A stretch of DNA of 64,000 nt from assembly GCA_051362555.1 (NCBI GenBank), contig CM120646.1, positions 3,410,001-3,474,000 on the forward strand, read 5' to 3'. Each line of letters opens with the position of its first letter. Position 1 is the stretch's first letter. The notes below the pieces were generated by a model. That model saw only the letters and a list, made by a program, of their open reading frames with translations. It made no database searches and was not told where the DNA came from. A program made the position numbers and the translations under genes. This document shows, piece after piece, positions 24,918-38,988 of the stretch. The stretch comes from Lingula anatina. Its lineage: Eukaryota > Animalia > Brachiopoda.

Positions 24918-25960
24918 ATCTCAGATAGGACTATTGATTTGTGAGTTCAATCTTCTTGAAAGAAATATTTTTATCGATTGATATTGCTTTATTTTAACAT
25001 TTGAGCAACTTGTATAACATTAACATCTAAAGCAAAGTACCAGCAATGAAAATATGTCAATATTGTTACACCCAACATTGATTAAAGCAATGCAAAAATA
25101 CATGAATGTGGCCAAAATGGTTAGTTTTTATTTTAATGTGGTGATTATTTTATTTCATACTTTAGACAGTTAGCCAGTGAACACTAAATTCTCTTTTAAA
25201 ACTTGGAGCACTCTTCAATTTCAGCCAAAAATTAAATTTCACAAATTTATCTGCGTTCCAGTATCAGTTCATATTTGCATCTGAATTAATTAATCTTTAA
25301 TAAATAGCACTTGTCTACAAACCATGTCATGTGTGCAAAAACTTGCATATTAAACTAAAAACAATGTACTTTTTGACTGCATACACCTTTCTTTAGGTGG
25401 TTCAAACCTAAGATAATATGACAAATTTAGGTACACTGATTACCAATAAATATTATTATAAACAACAGCCAGCACAGCTCCAAAATATTTTTTTATCCCT
25501 TAAAAGTTCGTCAAAAGTTGTGACCAAATTCAACTCACATTCTAAATTCTATTTAAAAACTAGACAGCAGAGCTGAGAAATATACAGATACCATAGAGGA
25601 AACAAGGCAGCAAAGCTGACAAATGTTCAGTACACAGAAAAGAGTGCGCCAAATAATATTTTGACCAATTTTAGTGTACTGTTTCCGGGTACATAATGCT
25701 TTGTAACAGCATAATCACTCTTATCTTCTTACATTATGTACTACAGGTAACATGGACATTGAAATACCACCAAGTAATTCAGTTTCATGGGATAGAAAAG
25801 CCACTGAAAATGTGTAAAAAATAAAATAAATATTAAAAAAAGATTAATTACCGTAAACGTAAACCTATCATGTAAATCAGGATTACATGTGTCTGTATAT
25901 AAATAGCAAAAAGAAAGAAAACGCGGTATTCCGGCGGCTGGTTTCCTTAACAACGTACCA

Positions 25961-26918
25961 CACCCAAACCCAATATAGAGGTGTAATTGATGTCACAAGC
26001 ATGTTATTAAAAATATTTACTGCACAGATTGCTAACTGTGTTTGATTATTTTAGGGTCCCACATGAAGAAGCTTGTATAAAAGTTTCACTCTCCTGGAAC
26101 CATGAATAATTAAAAATAATTCATCGTTTAACCCCAAAAAGGAACATACGTTACTGTCACAAATACAAAACGTCCAACTGTGAAGCCTTCTACTGACTTT
26201 GAAAATTCAGTCATCACTGGTTTTGTGCATTGATTTATCTCCTACATGTATAACGTTGCTAAAAATTATAATAATCTTCTGTATAGACCAGTTAATTGTT
26301 TTTTTGCGACTTAAGTTTGCTTGTCACAGAATATTAAAAAATGGGGAAAATTCACCCTACCGACAGTAAAATAAGCATTAAATAATCATGTTTCCCTTCA
26401 TGATCCAAAGATTATATCAGAAATGTCAAACTATCATGGAACCACAATATATTGTTCGGTCAGCAAAAGAAAACATTGTATCTCTTGCACACAAGTACTT
26501 GAACAAAATTAAACATTTTGACAATTTTTCTAGGGAACATACGTTACCTAGTATAAGCCATGACGCAAAGCCCCTTGAGATACATTTTAAATATTTTTAA
26601 AAACGTCCTTACGTCATGTCTAATTTACCATGACTGAACCACTAAAAAACATATCGGAACGCGGCATAAAAATGAAAATTAAGTGGCAAGAACATACGTT
26701 ACCGTACGTTTTTTGGAACATACGTTACCATATAGGGCTCTTTGCTTAATGTTAAAGATATGGTAAAAATTAAAAAATTGAATTTCAGTTGAGACAGTCG
26801 TGGATTTTTGTTCTATACACATATATGTTTTGAAATATTGAATACAATTTTGAATTCATTCATTTTTATTTTTTGACACTTCAACATGTGAAATGCACCT
26901 CTATATTGGGTTTGGGTG
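25961..26918. mobile_element. Full copy of the CAC...GTG non-autonomous element
   Basis: Same 23-bp inverted repeats and ACCA duplication at the same site, so it was co-duplicated with the unit. Confidence 0.85.
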
Positions 26919-28050
26919 ACCAACAAATAACTGACAACAAATAAACAGCCTATCAGACATTTGAAACCCTCTGTATTGACTAAAACAACAGAAAAGCAAC
27001 TAAGTGTGTATACAAGCAATATGGGGAGCGAATGGTGACCTCAGATTATTCCAATCTCTAAGTCAAGAACAAATGTAAATATGGCGCTTGATTACACCCC
27101 ACCCCCGTCCACTAAGTAACCTAGTTTTTTCGCGATGACGGTTATATGCATAAGGATAAGGATGTTTTGTTTTATAATATTTTTTATTAAAGAGATAACA
27201 GCTCTTCATATCAAATTAAAAAGCCCACAATGCATACATGTACATTGTAAGCAACACAGAGAAATCTTATAAATTCCATTCTACAACCAAAACGGTGGCT
27301 AGCGCAATTATTCTAAAATCTGCTTGCCATCGGACATCGTGGACCTTCATAGTTAGCTACCCTACGACCCTCCCCCCCACCCCCACCCCAAAAAAAAAAA
27401 AAAACACTTAAAAATCATGCAATCGACTAACTTTGAATGTTGGAGCAGATTCATTATCCACTACTAAAGATGGGAACACCGTCGGTCACTTTTCCAGAAA
27501 AAAAATTAAACTTTGGTCTGTAAACACCATGGACCCATGGTCATTTACATTTTTTAATTGATCACTTTTACGTTGCAAGGTATTCTGATATAATATCTGG
27601 AAAATAATATTATATATAAAACGGGAAAGACCCACTGTTGGTTTCTTTGTCAACGTGCTGAACTCGACTCAGCCTATGACTAATTTGTATTGACAATAAC
27701 AAAAAAGCCGCTCGCTTGGAAAAAAATCTATAGCCTACAAAAGGGTCAATATTATATATAAAAAAAGCCCCGTTGGTTTCTTTGTCAACGTACTGTAACA
27801 CAACTCGACTCAGCCCATGACTCATTTGAAATCCACGGTATTAACAATAATAATAATAATTATAATAATTATAATAAAAGTCGGATGAAGTCCATACAAA
27901 AGAGTTTACAAACAACTTTGCGATCACGGCTATTATCAGTGATCTGAGTTTTCTGAATTTACATATTTGTCCAATGATCTATTTATTCATTCAGCAAGTT
28001 GTTTTTCTTCATATTTTCTTGTATCAATGTATTACATTACATTAAATTAA

Positions 28051-28260
28051 ATTACCTCCGCCAAGGAGGTTATGTTTTCACCCCTGTTTGTTTGTCCGTC
28101 TGTCATCAACATAACTCAAAAAGTTATGGACCGATTTTGATGAAATTTTCAGGAACTGTCAGAAGTGGGCCAAGGTACAGATGATTAGTTTTTGGTGGTG
28201 ATCGAAATTTTAGGGTTGAAACGGCATTGGATGGAGACTTTGCTGCCTTGGTGAAGGTCT
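28051..28260 (+). mobile_element. Short Helentron-associated (HINE/DINE-1-like) element in the C-type intron
   Basis: Starts ATTACCTCCGCCAAGGAGGTTATGTTTTCACC, then a tgtt/tgtc microsatellite and CCGATTTTGATGAAATTT core, ending in the degenerate inverted copy CCTTGGTGAAGGT. Family recognised from memory, not by search. Confidence 0.65.
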
Positions 28261-28318
28261 TGTTTATAATATATCAAGAGAGAGAGAGATAGAGAGAGAA
28301 TCAAACTCTCTTTTTCTA

Positions 28319-28840
28319 CTACCGACCTTGTACCGGCTGTGCAACACCCGCAGTCAGCGCTCTCCGCAACTTATCCAGCGCTTCTGGGTCATCTTCTGGT
28401 AGGACTGCGGCAGCTTCAAAGTAAAGGCATTTTATAACTCTATATTTCTTCATTTTGTCGTTAATATCTTGGACGGTAACGCCAAGGGCACATACGGGTA
28501 TGAACTGGGCACGTCCCAACCGATCTAATAAGGCACTGTCAGCAATATATTTGCTCCAGCAGTCTTGGGTGAACGCCGGGCACATGACTGGTACAATAAA
28601 CTTCGACTTTTCTAAAGCATTAAAAAGTGCCTCAAAAACAGGTTGCCCAGGGTTCACGTCTCTGCGGGCATAGAATACATTAAGTTTACATTCTTTTTCC
28701 AAATATTCCAAGAGCGCTTCCGTAAATTTTTCACTTCTCGTTATAGCTTCCTCGTCTGCGTTTCCTGTTAACATTGTTCTATCACAGCTCAACAATAAAA
28801 CGTCATATTTCCTCTGCTCCGATCTGCAACTTGCCGCCAT
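28319..28840 (-). CDS. TIR-domain exon, mosaic: B-type N-terminal part with C-type C-terminal part (173 aa)
   Basis: MAASCRSEQRK...FYARRDVNPGQP as in class B; SALLDR and KCLYFEAAAVLPEDDPEALDKL...PVQGR as in class C. Confidence 0.88.
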   Translation of the reverse strand: MAASCRSEQRKYDVLLLSCDRTMLTGNADEEAITRSEKFTEALLEYLEKECKLNVFYARRDVNPGQPVFEALFNALEKSKFIVPVMCPAFTQDCWSKYIADSALLDRLGRAQFIPVCALGVTVQDINDKMKKYRVIKCLYFEAAAVLPEDDPEALDKLRRALTAGVAQPVQGR

Positions 28841-30775
28841 ATCTCAGATAGGACTATTGATTTGTGAGTTCAATCTTCTTGTGTACAGTGTCCTAACAAC
28901 GAGCTTTCCGACCTCTGCCAGTGTGTAAACCTATATATATTTTGGCCCCTTACTGTCAAGCGGAGAAAACTGAAGTGCCGTCGTATGGACAACAATACAG
29001 GGAATATGTTTATATGTTGTTGCGTTTCCAACCAACGCCGCCATTTTGTTATACAGTACATTTATGCTTTATTCCAATAATCAATGATTGCATTTGTCAG
29101 TCTTTAAAAATATAGTGCAGAGAAAGCCACATGTAAACGGGTACTTTCGGGTCTTTTGTGACATTCTTTTAAGTTTTAATATGAAAAATAAGTTAGAAAA
29201 CTCTCCTTTATCTGATATACAGAAACCAATAGTCTAAAACAAGTGGGGCACTTGCGCTGAGGTGATTCATCCCCAGAAATGGACAGCATGACGTCACGCA
29301 TAGCCCACTGCGCATGCGTGCATTTTTAATACGTTGCTAGATTGCCATAGATAAATGAATGGGTTCGCGATTCGTGGGTAATTCGTGATACTTGACAAAC
29401 TAACGGCCTGCTGTCGATAGACAGCAACCCTGTGCTATGCTTCAAGCAACTCCTGACCAATAGGGTTTAAAAAAATTATGTTGTACACACGTACTAAGAA
29501 GTTTGCCGTGCATTGCCTAGCCTACCCTCAGCAAAATGAAATTATTTTCAGAAATAGTGATTTTAGTCGGTAGATTCACTCAGAAACAAAGGCAAACTAA
29601 TTCGTTGCCGATAGCACCAGCAGATGGCAGCACCATACAGAGTCTGTTTTAAAACTTTCATGGCAATTGAAGAACTTTTACCACTGTACAATGGAGTCCA
29701 AAAAAAAAAAAAAAAGCACTTGGCACAAATGTAAAACTGTCCAGTGCAAGGCCAAGAATTCAATCATTTTCAATCATATTATCAGATTCTACATAAATTG
29801 ACTGACAATATCACTATTTAATTAATCTCTTAATCCAAAATTCCTATCATCATTTAGTAATTATGCAAAATTCTTCTTTAGATTGCTGTTTATTTTAATT
29901 TTTTAATGCTGCAACTGTTCCAAAATAATCTTGCAGAAAAGGAAAAATACAAAATAGAAGTGGAAGACCATTTTTACTCAAATTATTCATTTATTTGAAT
30001 ATAAAAAGAATAAGATCACTATTTAACAACTTAAAATAATATTTCATGAACTCTTTCATAAATAACATATTAAACAAAAATAATAGTTATAAATTAGTGG
30101 TAATGGCTTATTCTGAAATATATGACTTCTGCACACCATCAGTACTTGGTACAGTATAGTTACTTCTTGGATACAGAGTTATATTTTTTATAATGTAACA
30201 ATAAGAACAATATATATTACAATAAACTCCTCTGCACATGTCAGACGCTAGTTACTACGAACTAACACTCGAGCACTTATCACAGAGTCTGTGTACGATG
30301 ACATTGTTGTGCTGTGATTGGCTAGTTAAGTCACGTGAAGCCCTACTGTAGCGCCCTCGCGTATCGCGTGAAAGCTGCGCATTATTGGCCTTTCAGCCAG
30401 AACTTCTAACACAGTCAGCGTGCCTTTCAGATTCATGGTGAACTTACTAAATGTAGGTCTATTTAACACCTGTCTGTCTCGTTTTTTTTTCCTTTTTGAC
30501 ACATGCATTGCATTTTTAAACACGAACGCTTCTTATGTTTGAGAATTCTGAAATATATGAAACGTCGCCAAGCTGACTTTAAAAATGTTAAAGACTGTCT
30601 TAACCAAACAGACTAAGCGTGCTCGAAAGGTATACTGGAGTATCTGATTTGTTTTGTTAAATGAGCTTTGAAATTTTCATCATATGACTAACAATGTCAC
30701 ATCACTCCAATGCAGAGGTACTCCTTCCATCTTAAAACATAAAAACACACGCATGCATGCATGCATACATGTATG

Positions 30776-30818
<43 letters not shown>

Positions 30819-31971
30819 TAAGCGATAAAAGGCAAAACCAATACATTTACCGTCCTGTGTCCTATATAACTAGTTAACTGTCCTTATTAACAGTGTACTA
30901 CATTAGGTTTACATAACATCTACCAGGGTGAGTGAGGTGATTTCTTTCAGTTTTAATTGTCACCTTTGCCAAAGATTGTAAAGATTTCCTTTGCCAAAGA
31001 TTGTGAATTCTTCCAGACTATCTACATCTACAGTAGGTCTCGACTATAACTGTTGCTGCATTTTTCTCCACTTCTAGACGAGGCCATATAAAATGTTTCA
31101 CTAACTTTGGTAGGCCTATAATATTTTTAGGCCATTTAGAATTACAAACAACTTTGTGGGTACTGGTATCAGCAGTGATTTTGGTCGGTGATTACACATT
31201 CATTGCCCCAAATCAAAACAATTATATATACTGGGTATTTGTCGATAAAAAAACTACGTAAACTTGATTTTAGTATGATAGTGCTATGCCATAAATACCC
31301 AGTAAGCAATAAACAGAATATCCTCACATAACAATAACGCTGAGTTTTTGATTTAAATAAAATGCTTTAAGTAATACAGGTCATGCATTTCTCGACTTCA
31401 TACAATACGGTACGTTCTATTTACCTTTGCAAATTATTTTTATTTTTATTATTATTATAATTATTATTGTTACAATCTACATTCTATTATGGCTTCAACA
31501 AGGTCTAATATCATCACATAATTTACATATCAGAACGTCGTATTTAAAAAAGATATTTTATGCGCCGTTTGAGGCCCATAAACAGTTCATTAATGAACTG
31601 CCATCTCTTACTTCATCCTGGTGAAATATTTGGATGGACATCAAAGTTCTCTTAAACTTTTGCCAAAGTTTCTTTATGAAGAAACTTGATCACAACACAT
31701 TAGATTTGATGGGTCTCAGTCTACACTTAAATTACTGGAATGTACACGAGTATTAACCTTACATTGTGCCATTAGTCAGTCTGTGCATTAGCCAGACCTA
31801 GCATTAGTCAGTCTTTGCATTAGCCAGACTTAGCATTAGTCAGTCTTTGCATTAGCCAGTCTCAACATTAGCCGGTCTTTGCATTAGTCAGTCTTATCAA
31901 TGGCCATTCTTAGCATTGTTTTAAGCTGAGAACAGCTGTGGTGTCGAGTTTTCTGTACACAAAATACACAT

Positions 31972-32949
31972 CTAGAAGACTGGGGCAACATCTCTAAGAA
32001 AAGATGACAGTGAACCCATCCAACCTCGCACAGAATTCTCGCTGCTTGCATCCTCCACAGCGTCTTGGCCCTGTCTCTCTTCGGCTGTGTCTTCGCCCAT
32101 GGCTTCGCAATCCCTGTCTTCACGGTTTGGGCCCTGAAAAACTTTCGACTGTGTTTTGGACATAGGTGAGACGGGGCTGTACCAGTCCACAGGGGGTGAG
32201 GAAGAACCACGGTCTTCAGGAGCGGCCGCATTTCCCTCACTGAAATTCTGATTTAATGGCTCCAGTCGCGCTGTAACGGAGTCACGGCCGGTGCCAACAT
32301 GCACAAGTGGTGGTGGTGGTAAATCCTGACTCGGATTATCCCCGGGAGAACTCGGACCTGGTTGAGGTTGTCCTTCCACAGTTTGGTGCCTTACATCGTC
32401 GTTGAAGTGCGGTCCATATGAGCTTTCGACCCTTGTCTGACGTACTCCATCCCGAGGTTCTAGTGTCTTCATTCCCTTGTTTTGAAAGGAATAAAGAAAT
32501 AATTTAATTTAATTTGTTATATTACAAATAATATGTTTTAGAATGCACATGTTGAAATGACGACATCTGTTATTCAAGTGTATTTGGATGATACACATTT
32601 AGGTCTCCTATTAGATCAAGAGCAAAACAAATATGAAAAACAAATCATTTACATGTGAGAACATGCAATTTAACCAAAACGTTGATTTGTCGTGCAACTT
32701 TCGATTGTGGTATATATTTTTTGTCATTGCAGATATTCGGAGTAGTATATCACGTAATTAAACCTGAAGTAACTATTGTTCATAAAATTAGATATGTATA
32801 CCTCTTGCTGGCATTCCAAGCCGTCAGACTGTGTCTGGAGAAGAGGGGGAGGTTGGCCACCCCTGAAAAATTAAGAAAATGAAAATAAATGAAATTTGAA
32901 ATAAGCTGAAATAACAATTTTATCAATTCCTTTTTAGTTCTCTCTCTCC

Positions 32950-32990
<41 letters not shown>

Positions 32991-33454
32991 AGAAAATGGG
33001 AGGGGTCGAAATAGGTAAAGTTTGGTATTTCTCATTAGGTTTTAAGTTAAATAAAATCTTACTTCAGTATACAACCCATTTTTAAAGAAAACCCATTATA
33101 ATAAAAGACATAAAACTTAAATTTAAAAATTCACAAAACGAAGCAGGAGGACGAGGGGGCTTCCTGTAGCCCTGTGTATCTGCCTCTCGGTATGCTTCTG
33201 ACTATCAGATTATTTTATATATAATTATATATATATATGGAATAATCTGATAATCATATTATTCCATATATAATTATGATTAAATTTACACCTCATTCAG
33301 CTCTCAATCATGGAAACCACTCGGAGAGGAGTACAATGCATTATGGTTAAGATATTAACATACGTGACGCCGTCGCATGGCGGAACTGACTCTTCCTTTG
33401 GTCGACTTAATTCTCCATTGCTTTCATCGCCTGGTCCTTCGTTATTCCCGTCAT
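31972..33454 (-). CDS. Tail module 3 with premature stop (loses last 17 aa): exons 33454-33364, 32862-32802, 32475-31972
   Basis: TGG>TAG at 31972-31974 removes WMCILCTENSTPQLFSA. Splice signals are intact. Confidence 0.7.
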
Positions 33455-35421
33455 CTGCAAATATATTAACAATATTTAAGGGACCAAATTCAACTCACAT
33501 TCTAAATTCTACTTAAAAACTAGACAGCAGAGCTGAGAAATATACAGATACCATAGAGGAAACAAGGGAGCAAAGCTGACAAATGTTCAGTACACAGAAA
33601 AGATTGCGCCAAATAATATTTTGACCAATTTTAGTGCACTGTTTCCGGGTACATAATGCTTTAAAACAGCATACTCTTATCTTCTTACATTATGTACTAC
33701 AGGTAACATGGACATTGAAATACCACCAAGTAATTCAGTTTCATGGGATAGAAAAGCCACTGAAAATGTGTAAAATAAAATAAATATAAAAAAAAGATTA
33801 ATTACCGTAAACGTAAACCTATCATGCCGATTTTTGAAAGCAAGCTGCCTTTTAATCAAATAAAGCCACGAAGTAAATTTAAAGTAAAACGAAAATATAG
33901 TTTGATAACCGATAATGCTGATTTTTGAAAGCAACCTCATTATATACCAAACAAAGCCACTCAGTAACTTTAAAGCAAAACAAAAATAAGGTTTAGAAGT
34001 TGTGGGGCGAACGTCACCAAAATGTGAAAAAAACGAATTATTGCCGTAAATGAAAACAGATCGTGCCGATCTTCGAAAGTGACCTGCCTCTTTACCAATG
34101 AAAGCCACTCAGCAAATTTCAAGTAAAAGAAAAATACGGTTTGGAAGTTATGGGGCGAAGGTCATGTGTCGGATAGCGACAGCGACGGCGAGGACACACC
34201 AATCAGGATTACATGTGTCTGTATATAGATAGCAAAAACAAAGAAAACGCGGTATTCCGGCGGCTGGTTTCCTTAACAACGTACCAACAAATAACTGACA
34301 ACAAATAAACAGCCTATCAGACATCCCCTGCACATGCCATACAAACAAACCGGCAACTTGGCCAATTAACTTGGTCATTTAACTTGCCCGTTATGCTGTT
34401 AACAATGCAAAGACGACCTAAAGAATGGGCCCAGCCAGGGTGTTATAAACATGGGGCACGTATGAATAAGGGGACTGCGTAGTGAGCTCAAATCGTAGGA
34501 TGTTAGGCAGAAAGATCCCATTGCGTCCCAGGTTTTAACTTTTAATTTCAAACCTTTAAGTCAAGAAGAAATGTGAATAAGGCAGACCCAACCCACTCCA
34601 CCAATAAACACTTTTATTAATCTTATTCTCATTTTGTGATTTTAAAATTTTGCGTTATTGTACATTTGTTTAAATTGACCACTTATACGTTGCAAGGTAT
34701 TCTGATATAGCTACTAGAGGGCTATATTTATAACGGAAAAATAACATTATATAAAAAAGCCCCGTATAGACCCGCCGTCGTTTTCTTTGTCAACGTACAA
34801 ACACAACTCGACAAACCCCATGACTCATTTGATACCCCCTGTATTGACAATAACAAAAAAAAAAAAAAAAAAAAGCCCTCGGATGAAGTCTATACAATAG
34901 GGTCTACAAACAATTTTGCGATCACGATCATTAGCTGTAACCTGAGTAACATACGTATTTTGTATTTAAACTATATTAATTTATGCTATATTTATATATT
35001 TGTCCAATGATCCATTTGTTAATTATTCCAGTTGTCATTCTTTATATTTTCATATATCAATTTATAATACATTTACATCAAATAATACTAATTGTAAAAT
35101 ATTATATATATAGGAAGAGAATTAAAGAAACTAAGTTAAATTTTAATGAATTGGAAAAAATGATAAGGTGGTATTTTGAAGTAGAAAAATTCAGGTACAT
35201 TAGTAAAGGTGAGAAAGAAAAGTTAAACAAAAATGGACATCATTAATACACTTGTTTCAGAAAGAAGACGAATGAATGAGGAGTGAGTGAGTGAGCGAGA
35301 GAACAATTTATGTAATTTGTAACAACATTTTCTTTCTGGGAGAATAAATCTATTTAAAAAAATTATAACACATCGAGGGAGAGGGAGAGAGAGATAGATA
35401 AGATCGAATCATCTATTTGTG

Positions 35422-35940
35422 CTACTGACCTTGTTCCGGCTGTGAAACACTCGCAGTCAGCGCTCTCTGCAGATCACCCAGCGCTTTTTTGTCTTTAGGA
35501 AGGACTTCATTAGCATTAAAGTAAAGGGATCTTATAACTCTATATTTCTTCATTTTGTCGTTAATATCTTGGACGGTAACGCCAAGGGCACATACGGGTA
35601 TGAACTGGGCACGTCCCAACCGATCTAGAAAGGCACTATCAGCAATATATTTGCTCCAGCAGTCTTGGATGAACGCCGGGCACATGACTGGTACAATAAA
35701 CTTCGACTTTTCTAAAGCATTAAAAAGTGCCTCAAAAACAGGTTGCCCAGGGTTCACGTCTCTGCGGGCATAGAATACATTAAGTTTACATTCTTTTTCC
35801 AAATATTCCAAGAGCGCTTCCGTAAATTTTTCACTTCTCGTTATAGCTTCCTCGTCTGCGTTTCCTGTAAACATTGTTCTATCACAGCTCAACAATAAAA
35901 CGTCATATTTCCTCTGCTCCGATCTGCAACTTGCCGCCAT
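35422..35940 (-). CDS. TIR-domain exon, class B; directly followed by tail module 3 (donor at 35430)
   Basis: TIR motifs and CAAG|gtcagt donor. The intron switches from B-type to A-type variants around 35040-35120. Confidence 0.88.
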   Translation of the reverse strand: MAASCRSEQRKYDVLLLSCDRTMFTGNADEEAITRSEKFTEALLEYLEKECKLNVFYARRDVNPGQPVFEALFNALEKSKFIVPVMCPAFIQDCWSKYIADSAFLDRLGRAQFIPVCALGVTVQDINDKMKKYRVIRSLYFNANEVLPKDKKALGDLQRALTASVSQPEQGQ

Positions 35941-37888
35941 ATCTCAGATAGGACTATTGATTTGTGAGTTCAATCTTCTTGTGTACAGTGTCCTAACAAC
36001 GAGCTTTCCGACCTCTGCCAGTGTGTAAACCTATATATATTTTGGCCCCTTACTGTCAAGCGGAGAAAACTGAAGTGCCGTCGTGTGGACAACAATACAG
36101 GGAATATGTTTATATGTTGTTGCGTTTCCAACCAACGCCGCCATTTTGTTATACAGTGCATTTATGCTTTATTCCAATAATCAATGATTGCATTTGTCAG
36201 TCTTTAAAAATATAGTGCAGAGAAAGCCACATGTAAACGGGTACTTTCGGGTCTTTTGTGACATTCTTTTAAGTTTTAATATGAAAAATAAGTTAGAAAA
36301 CTCTCCTTTATCTGATATACAGAAACCAATAGTCTAAAACAAGTGGGGCACTTGCGCTGAGGTGATTCATCCCCAGAAATGGACTGCATGACGTCACGCA
36401 TAGCCCACTGCGCATGCGTGCATTTTTAATACGTTGCTAGATTGCCATAGATAAATGAATGGGTTCGCGATTCGTGGGTAATTCGTGATACTTGACAAAC
36501 TAACGGCCTGCTGTCGATAGACAGCAACGCTGTGCTATGCTTCAAGCAACTCCTGACCAATAGGGTTTAAAAAAATTATGTTGTACACACGTACTAAGAA
36601 GTTTGCCGTGCATTGCCTAGCCTACCCTCAGCAAAACGAAATTATTTTCAGAAATAGTGATTTTAGACTGTAGATTCACTCAGAAACAAAGGCAAACTAA
36701 TTCGTTGCCGATAGCACCAGCAGATGGCAGCACCATACAGAGTCTGTTTTAAAACTTTCATGGCAATTGAAGAACTTTTACCACTGTACAATGGAGTCCA
36801 AAAAAAAAAAAAAAAAAAAAAAAAAAGCACTTGGCACAAATGTAAAACTGTCCAGTGCAAGGCCAAGAATTCAATCATTTTCAATCATATTATCAGATTC
36901 TACATAAATTGACTGACAATATCACTATTTAATTAATCTCTTAATCCAAAATTCCTATCATCATTTAGTAATTATGCAAAATTCTTCTTTCAGATTGCTG
37001 TTTATTTTAATTTTTTTAATGCTGCAACTGTTCCAAAATAATCTTGCAGAAAAGGAAAAATACAAAATAGAAGTGGAAGACCATTTTTACTCAAATTATT
37101 CATTTATTTGAATATAAAAAGAATAAGATCACTATTTAACAACTTAAAATAATATTTCATGAACTCTTTCATAAATAACATATTAAACAAAAATAATAGT
37201 TATAAATTAGTGGTAATGGCTTATTCTGAAATATATGACCTCTGCACACCATCAGTACTTGGTACAGTATAGTTACTTCTTGGATACAGAGTTATATTTT
37301 TTATAATGTAACAATAAGAACAATATATATTACAATAAACTCCTCTGCACATGTCAGACGCTAGTTACTACGAACTAACACTCGAGCACTTATCACAGAG
37401 TCTGTGTACGATGACATTGTTGTGCTGTGATTGGCTAGTTAAGTCACGTGAAGCCCTACTGTAGCGCCCTCGCGTATCGCGTGAAAGCTGCGCATTATTG
37501 GCCTTTCAGCCAGAACTTCTAACACAGTCAGCGAGCCTTTCAGATTCATGGTGAACTTACTAAATGTAGGTCTATTTAACACCTGTCTGTCTCGTATTTT
37601 TTTCCTTTTTGACACATGCATTGCATTTTTAAACACGAACGCTTCTTATGTTTGAGAATTCTGAAATATATGAAACGTCGCCAAGCTGACTTTAAAAATG
37701 TTAAAGACTGTCTTAACCAAACAGACTAAGCGTGCTCGAAAGGTATACTGGAGTATCTGATTTGTTTTGTTAAATGAGCTTTGAAATTTTCATCATATGA
37801 CTAACAATGTCACATCACTCCAATGCAGAGGTACTCCTTCCATCTTAAAACATAAAAACACACGCATGCATGCATGCATACATGTATG

Positions 37889-37923
<35 letters not shown>

Positions 37924-38988
37924 TAAGCGATAAAAGGCAAAACCAATACATTTACCGTCCTGTGTCCTATATAACTAGTTAACTGTCCTTATTAACAGTG
38001 TACTACATTAGGTTTACATAACATCTACCAGGGTGAGTGAGGTGATTTCTTTCAGTTTTAATTGTCACCTTTGCCAAAGATTGTAAAGATTTCCTTTGCC
38101 AAAGATTGTGAATTCTTCCAGACTATCTACATCTACAGTAGGTCTCGACTATAACTATTGCTGCATTTTTCTCCACTTCTAGACGAGGCCATATAAAATG
38201 TTTCACTAACTTTGGTAGGCCTATAATATTTTTAGGCCATTTAGAATTACAAACAACTTTGTGGGTACTGGTATCAGCAGTGATTTTGGTCGGTGATTAC
38301 ACATTCATTGCCCCAAATCAAAACAATTATATATACTGGGTATTTGTCGATAAAAAAACTACGTAAACTTGATTTTAGTATGATAGTGCTATGCCATAAA
38401 TACCCAGTAAGCAATAAACAGAATATCCTCACATAACAATAACGCTGAGTTTTTGGTTTAAATAAAATGCTTTAAGTAATACAGGTCATGCATTTCTCGA
38501 CTTCATACAATACGGTACGTTCTATTTACCTTTGCAAATTATTTTTATTTTTATTATTATTATAATTATTATTGTTACAATCTACATTCTATTATGGCTT
38601 CAACAAGGTCTAATATCATCACATAATTTACATATCAGAACGTCGTATTTAAAAAAGATATTTTATGCGCCGTTTGAGGCCCATAAACAGTTCATTAATG
38701 AACTGCCATCTCTTACTTCATCCTGGTGAAATATTTGGATGGACATCAAAGTTCTCTTAAACTTTTGCCAAAGTTTCTTTATGAAGAAACTTGATCACAA
38801 CACATTAGATTTGATGGGTCTCAGTCTACACTTAAATTACTGATATGTACACGAGTATTAACCTAACATTGTGCCATTAGTCAGTCTGTGCATTAGCCAG
38901 ACCTAGCATTAGTCAGTCTTTGCATTAGCCAGACTTAGCATTAGTCAGTCTTTGCATTAGCCAGTCTCAACATTAGCCGGTCTTTGCA

